A stretch of 64,000 bases of DNA from the human T2T-CHM13v2.0 reference genome, Homo sapiens: assembly GCF_009914755.1 (NCBI RefSeq), contig NC_060941.1; one strand, 5' to 3'. The notes under the pieces were generated by a model. That model saw only the letters and a program-made list of their open reading frames with translations, did not search any database and was not told the origin of the DNA. Position 1 is the stretch's first letter; each line of letters opens with the position of its first letter. The position numbers and the translations under genes were made by a program. This document shows, one piece after another, positions 54,402-64,000 of the stretch.

Positions 54402-55388
54402 TTTTGCTACTGCTTTTCTATCCCCACCTCTGACCCAGGCTGTGTTTAAGGGGAAACAATGAGAGAATGAGAACTTTTACCTGTGGACTATTCATGAACT
54501 TGGAACTGCTTGACTATGAAACAATCTGGCCTTACAACAGACCATGAAGCAAGATGAGGTTGAGTGGAGTTAAGCAATGGGTTTGATGGACACAAAATTC
54601 CTTTGATTCAAGATCAAAATTTTTACTCATACATGTATTTTATTATTATATTTGAATATTAAATTCATTAGCATAAAGTGTCCTATTATACCAGTGAGTG
54701 ATGTCTATTAAACACGAAGGTATTCAAAGGCTGGTCTGCTGTGGTTCATTTCCATCCTCTCTCCATTCCCATCATCCTCAAAAAGCACTGTGGATAATCA
54801 CGTGCTCTTCCACATCCCTCAACCACATCGCACCAAAGAGAGGGGCTTCCCTCTCTCCACCACGGTTACTTCTCTCTCTACCTTCCTTCATCTTCCTTCC
54901 TTTAGCAAAATAAAATTAGGAAACTCACTCAGGACATTGTGATAATGACATTTCTATAACTAGTAATGACTCCTGTAAGCTGAGTGGAAATGGGGTCTTT
55001 ATAACATGGTGCCCATGTGACTAAAGGGCTGTGCCCTGCTCCATGGCAATAGACTGCCCACTTTTCCCTCCAAGGCACGGCACTGACACTATGATTCCCT
55101 TAACTTTTAAAGTGAACTGTGAAGACCAAGACCATCCCTAACTAGAGTTTCATGTTCCAATCAAGTAGAACTGAAATCAAGGGTAATCAGACAAATGATC
55201 ATTTGCATAAATAATAGACTATAAGGTGTATGGAATGTGCAGTTGACTTGAGCCAAAGGGTCCGTAGAGATAAAAATTCAAAGTGACATTGGAAAAAAGG
55301 AGCCTTGAAAATCTATAATTTCATTAAAAATAGCGAAGGGAGAACTAAAACATATTTTATGATGTTTTTATTCAAAAAACACCACATT

Positions 55389-55756
<368 letters not shown>

Positions 55757-56035
55757 TCAATATGTCAAAACCATGTCAAATATGTCAACTGGTTTATAAT
55801 AAAACAAAAACTAAGATGGAAATGTGCAGCTCTGTGCAATCAGCTTAGGCACAGGCCTCAAATGCAAGTTATTTTATTGCAAGCTCCAATGTGCCTAACA
55901 CGGAATTGTCTTTTGAGGAGCTGAGAAAAGAGGAACCTCCTATTCCATTGCCACTGGTTTATGCTACAGTGGTGGTTTATATGTCTCTGCATAGTCCTTT
56001 ATTATCATATTTTGAAGTAAGGGTGAAGCAGTTCA

Positions 56036-56355
<320 letters not shown>

Positions 56356-56986
56356 GTGTGCCCAATATTACTTTACAAAGCCCAACAAGCATTTCTGGGG
56401 GCAGTTCAGCAGAGAAAAAGGGGAACTAAGTAAAAATTCTATGGATGTTATCTCCTTAATCTCTTTCCACTTTGCCACTGGTACCATCCCAATCCAGAAT
56501 ACATTCAATACATTCATCTTGCACCTGGATGACTGCAATATTGGTATGTTGGTTTTGCTTTTCAAGCAGAATTTGCTTAACTTTTAAGATCAAAATTAAT
56601 ATCCTGTATATGGCCAACAAGGCCCTGTACTGTCTGGCCCTATCCACCTGCTAACCTCCTGCAACTCCAGAGAGTCACCTGGCCTCTGGAATACCAGACA
56701 TGTTTGCTTTCTTCCAATTCATTCACCAATGCCCTGTGCTTTTTCTCACAACAGGATGGTTCTTGTTTTTTCTCTAATTCTTCTTTCTTGTTGTGTGGGG
56801 TTTTGCCACTGTGTCCATCTGGACATCTGGATGTTGGGGGCCCCTGCTCTGTGGTGATGTCAGGGAGGGTGCAGATCTAGGCACCCAGGGGGAGGGAGCT
56901 TGGCCAGACCTTCATGATGAGGCTGTGTTGGGGCCAACTGACTCCCCTTTAGACAAGCCATATAGCCCTGAGTGTGGCAGGCATGA

Positions 56987-57480
<494 letters not shown>

Positions 57481-57549
57481 AAACAAATCCATCTTTCTAA
57501 TTCTCTCTCTCGCTCTCTTTTTTTTCTCTCTTTCTCTATATATTTTTTA

Positions 57550-58723
<1,174 letters not shown>

Positions 58724-59433
58724 CTCTTTTTATATTTTATCAATCATTGTAGAGTGTTTGGAGCTGAGGGGGTGCCTGGTAATATGAGCTAATAGAGCCA
58801 TCTAGTAGAAAAGGACAGACTCTTTTGTAATCTTTTGATTTAATAAAGTGTAGGGATTAAGAGCCCAGATACTGAAACTGGGGTATCTGGAGTTGGGTCT
58901 GAGTTGTGCCCCTAATCTGTGTGCTCCCAGAAAGAGTAACTTCTCTGTGCCTCAGTTTTCTTATCAGGAAAATAACTTTTCAAGGCCACCGTGAAGATTA
59001 GATGATTTAACACCTGCAAAATTTTTATAAGTTGCACATAATAGATGTTCAATAAACATTAGTTATCATTATATGACTTAATGGAGATTTTTATTATATA
59101 TATTTCATTATATTATGTATATAGCATGAATTACATTTATATATATATTCCATTTAGCCAATTCTCTATCATTAGACTTTATTGCTATTTCTAATTATTT
59201 GCAACATTAGAAATCCTTATAGCAAGTTATTTGCATAAATTAATGATTGAGGACTCCATTGAAATGTTTTTGTATTTTTTAGTATCTGTGGATTGAGAAA
59301 GTACCTTACCAAAAGCTCCTATGAATCCAGAATCAATTTTAAATGAATTTATATTTTATAATTCAAAACAATCTATATATATTTGAAAAACAGTAGTGCC
59401 TGTTTATCCAGGATACCAACAATGGCTAGTGAG

Positions 59434-59808
59434 TGTCTTAGTTTGGGCTGCTATAACAAATACCATAGATTGAGCAGATTAATCAATAAGCATATATTTC
59501 TCACAGTTCTGGAGGCTGAAAGTCCAAGATCAGGGTGCCAACATGGCCAGGTTCTTGGAAAGGGCTCTCTTCCTGCTTCCAGTTTACAGCAATGTGTATG
59601 TGGACCTCCCCATATGGCCTTTCCTTGATGCGCTCTGGTCTCTCTTCCTCTTTTTATAAAGACATTCATCTCATTATGGGGGACCTACCCTCATGACCTC
59701 ATCTAGATCTAATTACCTCCCAAAGGCCACCTCCGAATACCATCACATTGGGGATTAGGGATTCAACATATGAATTTGGGAGGGGACACAAACATTCATT
59801 GTATAGCA
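59434..59808. mobile_element. MaLR solo LTR (MLT1A-like)
   Basis: TGTCTTAGTTTGGGCTGCTATAACAAA...TATAGCA; TSD GTGAG/GTGTG. Confidence 0.85.
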
Positions 59809-60329
59809 GTGTGCATATGAATTTTCTCAGATCCTTGTCAATAACTCTGGTCCACAGGTGGGGAACCATTGCTTTATTGTAAATGACTTAATTTAAGGGA
59901 AGGATCTCAGCTCAAAACTCTCTTTCCATCTGGATTTCCACCAATACATAGGAGGATTAAGGGAAAATAACATATACTTCTACTCCTTGTGGATTATTCA
60001 GAAACTGTTCTTTGAATGTCTGGCTTAGCAGAATGTGTTAAGTAAAGTGAGTTTGACTGGTGGGTAGATTGAAGGGGGCAGGAGGAGGGGAGGGAGAAAA
60101 AGAGGTGACTTTGGAGCATGGCGTGTACTCTGAGGGAGGGTGGACAAGGGCAGGCACTGCAATTGGCCATCTGGTGTAAGAAGAGTGCAGCAAAAAGACA
60201 CAGGGCTTCTGAAGGGTGGCGAAGGGCCAGAGGAGGTGGGCAGGAGCTGGGCACAGGAAGGCTTGCTGGGAGGGATCAGATGTAACATAAACAGGAATGT
60301 GGAGGATGTTTCTGAGGGATGGGCCTTTA

Positions 60330-60701
<372 letters not shown>

Positions 60702-61496
60702 GAATAGGAATGAAAGAAATAGTAGTAAAAGATGATGCCAAAAAAATGCTGTAGTACAGGTGAGAAAATGTACCGCCTTCTAAGAAATTCCATTCTTATT
60801 GGGGTTAAAGTATCATGTGTTGCCACAGCAACTGCCAAGAAAAATCCGTTTTAAGAAAGGTGCTCTGCTGCAGAGCTCATGTACTTTGATTCTGAAGTAT
60901 AAAGTGAAAATGTAGAAATAACTGCAATTTTCTTAACAATCTTAAAAATATTCATTTCCCGCCTTTCTTCAATATCATTTCCTCTTCACTTTCTTTATTC
61001 TAACTGGCGTCCTCTCAAACTAAGCGTGCAGCGCAATAGGAGTCCTCCATTCCCTGTTCATAGGAACCGTTCCACCGCAAGGGAGTGAAGCCTGCTGCTT
61101 AACAGGCCTGGGACTCCAAGGCAAGCGGGTGGCTGGTGCAGGAAGCAGTTGCCGACCTCTGTTGTTTGAAGGTGGCATGAACTAGTTTCTGGAAAGGGTT
61201 ATATTTTCAGGACCATTTTCTGATCCTGTGGAGAAAAAGGTGGCTTTAGCATGAGTGAATGGTTCAAACCTAGCACTTTAATTAGGTTTAGGTGCTCTAA
61301 ATCCAGCTTCAGGTAGTTCAAAAGATTCTCTGACACCAAAAAGAAAACAAAGGTCTGGTAAGTCTGCCTCTAAGGATTCACACACAGAGGAAAGACAGAA
61401 AATGGATAACATAGTCAAAGGCCAGAAAATTACTAATAAACTGTCTGAATTTGTTCATGAATCAAAGACTTAAATTCTGAATAAGATTGAGGTTGT

Positions 61497-62390
61497 CACT
61501 GGGGTCGTACCATGGCAGCAAAGACTCAGAAGAGGAACTCGGACAGCGATCCATCCTAAAGCACAAATTATTGCGGAAGCCGGGCCAATAGTGATTGGCA
61601 AAGGGAACCTGATAGAAGAACAGGCCCTTATCATAAATGCTTCCTCGGATAGTATCACTCTTGACACTGGAGATCCAGAACCAAAACCTATGATCATTGG
61701 CACCAATAATGTGTTTAAAGTTGGCGTCATTCCCAAGCCATGGAGATGGGAGATAATAATGTCATTGAATTAAAAGTGTATGTAGGCAGAAATCTAATAT
61801 TGACAAGTGGCTGTCTCACTGGCGCTTGTTGCAACCTAAACACTTTTGAAGTCATCCCGGAGAATACGGTGATCTATGGTGCAGACTGCCTTTGTTGGGT
61901 GCAGGCTGAGCGACCGCAGCCTCAGACACTACAGCTGGATTTCTCGATGAAAATCTTGCCAAATTACCACCACCTAAAGAAGACTACGAAAGGAAGCTCA
62001 ACTCCAGTAAAGAACTAAGAACAGTACATGACATGAAGATAACATTTTGTCTTTGACTGCTGTCTTTTGAATGGGCCACAGTGTTTATGTACTCTTAGCA
62101 GCTCACAGAATAATACATGTTGACTTTATTTTGTAAAATTGGGTTGAGAGGAAAGTAATGGATTTTCATTGTAACTGTCCTTTATAATTCATGTAAAATG
62201 TATTATTTTCCTTTATCCTTGCTTCTTTTCTGATAATTTACAGATTTAGCTTTTCTTTTGTTATATAAACTGCTAGCCACAAATTTTAGTTATGTAAAAG
62301 ACTACCCATTACAAGAAAGGACATATTGTTATGTATTTATATTCTGGCATAAGCTAAACTGAATAAAAATACTGGTAACAGGAAAAAAAA
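61497..62390 (+). pseudogene. Processed pseudogene of DCTN6 (dynactin p27)
   Basis: ATG at 61512 (MAAKTQK); [31 protein letters not shown]...; ...[21 protein letters not shown] ending 62018; frameshifts; 3'UTR, AATAAA at 62362-62367, poly(A); perfect 14-bp TSD AAGATTGAGGTTGT (61483-61496, 62391-62404). Confidence 0.96.
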
Positions 62391-63106
62391 AAGATTGAGG
62401 TTGTGATGTAAAATAAACACATGTGAATATTAAAATTTTGGACAGTATTTTGCATATAAGCAATACCCTTTACTTCCTGATGGAGATGGAAAAGCTAAAA
62501 CCATATTACAGAGCTCCTATTAATAAATGTGGCCTTGGGAGGTACTCATTTAGAATTTCTCAAGACACATGTAGCGGAGATTTTATTCAGCAGCATTCAT
62601 TCCAGCATTTACTCCAGCATTATTCACCAGTTTTCTGGTAACTGGAATCTACCCCTCTCCCATTCTCTGACCCACCCAAGGGTCAGGGGTAGAGTATGTG
62701 ACGGGACCCTAAGGCAATCATCACGTCGCATTATCTGGAGCCATAACTATTGAGGGCCTGGTAACATGATCCAAGTCCAGGTAACCAGAGTCACTGACAG
62801 TCAAAGGATGCAGACTCTCTCATCCACTGGACTTTCCCCATTGATGTCATTCTGGAATTGTGACAACCATCTTGCTACCACAGAGTAAGAAGTGAACTGA
62901 GGGTTTTGGCAATCCAGGGGAAGAATTGAGAAGTGGAGAAAAATAAACTAAGCCCTTTATCAATCTGTACCTAGAGTTAGCCCTGTCTTTGGATTTTTCA
63001 GTTTGGGTTAGATTTTCTGTCACTTGCAACCCAAACGGTCTGAATTGAAACAACATAGAATATGCAAAATATTCACTTACATTTATGCGTGTTGCATCTG
63101 TTAGAC

Positions 63107-63329
63107 CAGGGGTCAACAAACTTCAGCCTGCAGACCAAATTTGGGACACTGCTTGTTTTTGTAAATAAAGTTTTACTGGAACACAGCCATGCTCATTTGT
63201 TTACTTATTGTCTGTGATTGCTTTCTCATGACAATGGCAGTATTGAGTAGTCTTGACAGAGACCTTATAGCTCACAAAGCCCTGAAACATTTGTTATCTG
63301 GCCCTTTATAGAAAGTTGGCTGACCCCTG
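63107..63329. mobile_element. MER58A hAT-Charlie DNA transposon
   Basis: TIRs CAGGGGTCAACAAAC / GTTGGCTGACCCCTG; GTTTTTGTAAATAAAGTTTTACTGGAACACAGCCA core. Confidence 0.9.
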
Positions 63330-64000
63330 TGACTAGACCAAGCTCCACTAGGTAGGGACTGTGTTCATTTTGCTGACTGCTATGGCCTCAGCATTTAGCA
63401 TGGTGCCTGGCATATGGTAGCAACTCAATACAATAAATATTTGCTGATGAATGAACGAATCACACAGAGCTTACAACCTTTGGTGTTAAGTCAGTCTTTG
63501 TCTCAAAATGACAAGGTCTTCGGAATGTCTACAGTAAACTCATCACACATGCTCTCCCTAAAGACAAAGAGAAGATTCTGTCATCTCAGTATTGCAGTTC
63601 TTAATCAGCACAGTGGCTATTAATAAGTAGGCTGGCTTCAAAGCTGAGAAAGTCGGAGGCAAACACCAGGGCCTACGGGGCTGCTGAGATCAAAGAGGAT
63701 CTTAGAGATTCACCCCGAAGGAGGGGAGTTGGTTTCATCATGCTCTTTCCTCCTCTGTGCTTCTCCAGTTTACTCACTATCAGACTTTTTATATATGGTT
63801 GAGATAGTCAATGACTCATGCCTCTTTTCTTCTAAAACCAAATGCCAGCTCCTTTCTTGCTAGAATATATAATTTTGGTCTCATTTCTAATGTTTTTCTT
63901 GTTAATAATAACATTCCTAATATTTTTTCTTTCCTTAGGTTGATATATACTATGAATACTCCATTCTTTTAAAGAAGAGCTGGTACAGGTCCTAAAGCAG

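Noticed and set aside
61591-62018. DCTN6-like ORFs (60 and 92 aa) as a functional retrogene
   Set aside because: Split by frameshifts, N-terminus out of frame; TSD and poly(A) show a decayed retrocopy.

Overview
Primate (human-like) genomic DNA, Alu-dense (about 48 Alu copies) with L1, L2, MaLR LTR and hAT-MER repeats. The only genuine protein-coding content is the 3' end of CEP112 on the minus strand: exons 47584-47685 and 43744-43808, and a terminal exon starting at 42594 that carries one coding base plus the stop. From recalled synteny (chr17q24.1, not checked), bases 1 to ~42150 are the interval between CEP112 and the downstream same-strand gene AXIN2. The CEP112 intron above 47.7 kb holds three processed pseudogenes: CLIC1 (Alu-interrupted), RPS7 (internally deleted, head-to-head with the CLIC1 copy) and DCTN6 (apparently copied from an exon-skipped mRNA). 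Almost all other listed ORFs are Alu-derived or chance. I see no new multi-gene system. The best leads are: (1) an unusual CEP112 3' end, with a splice donor in the 3'UTR, an AG|GTAA acceptor and an intronic alternative C-terminus, plus a strong orphan exon at 684-793 that is in frame with CEP112, together suggesting CEP112-to-AXIN2 read-through; (2) a TCF/LEF site cluster at 57-513; (3) a permuted local duplication at 12288-12532. Repeat boundaries and subfamilies were called by eye and are approximate.
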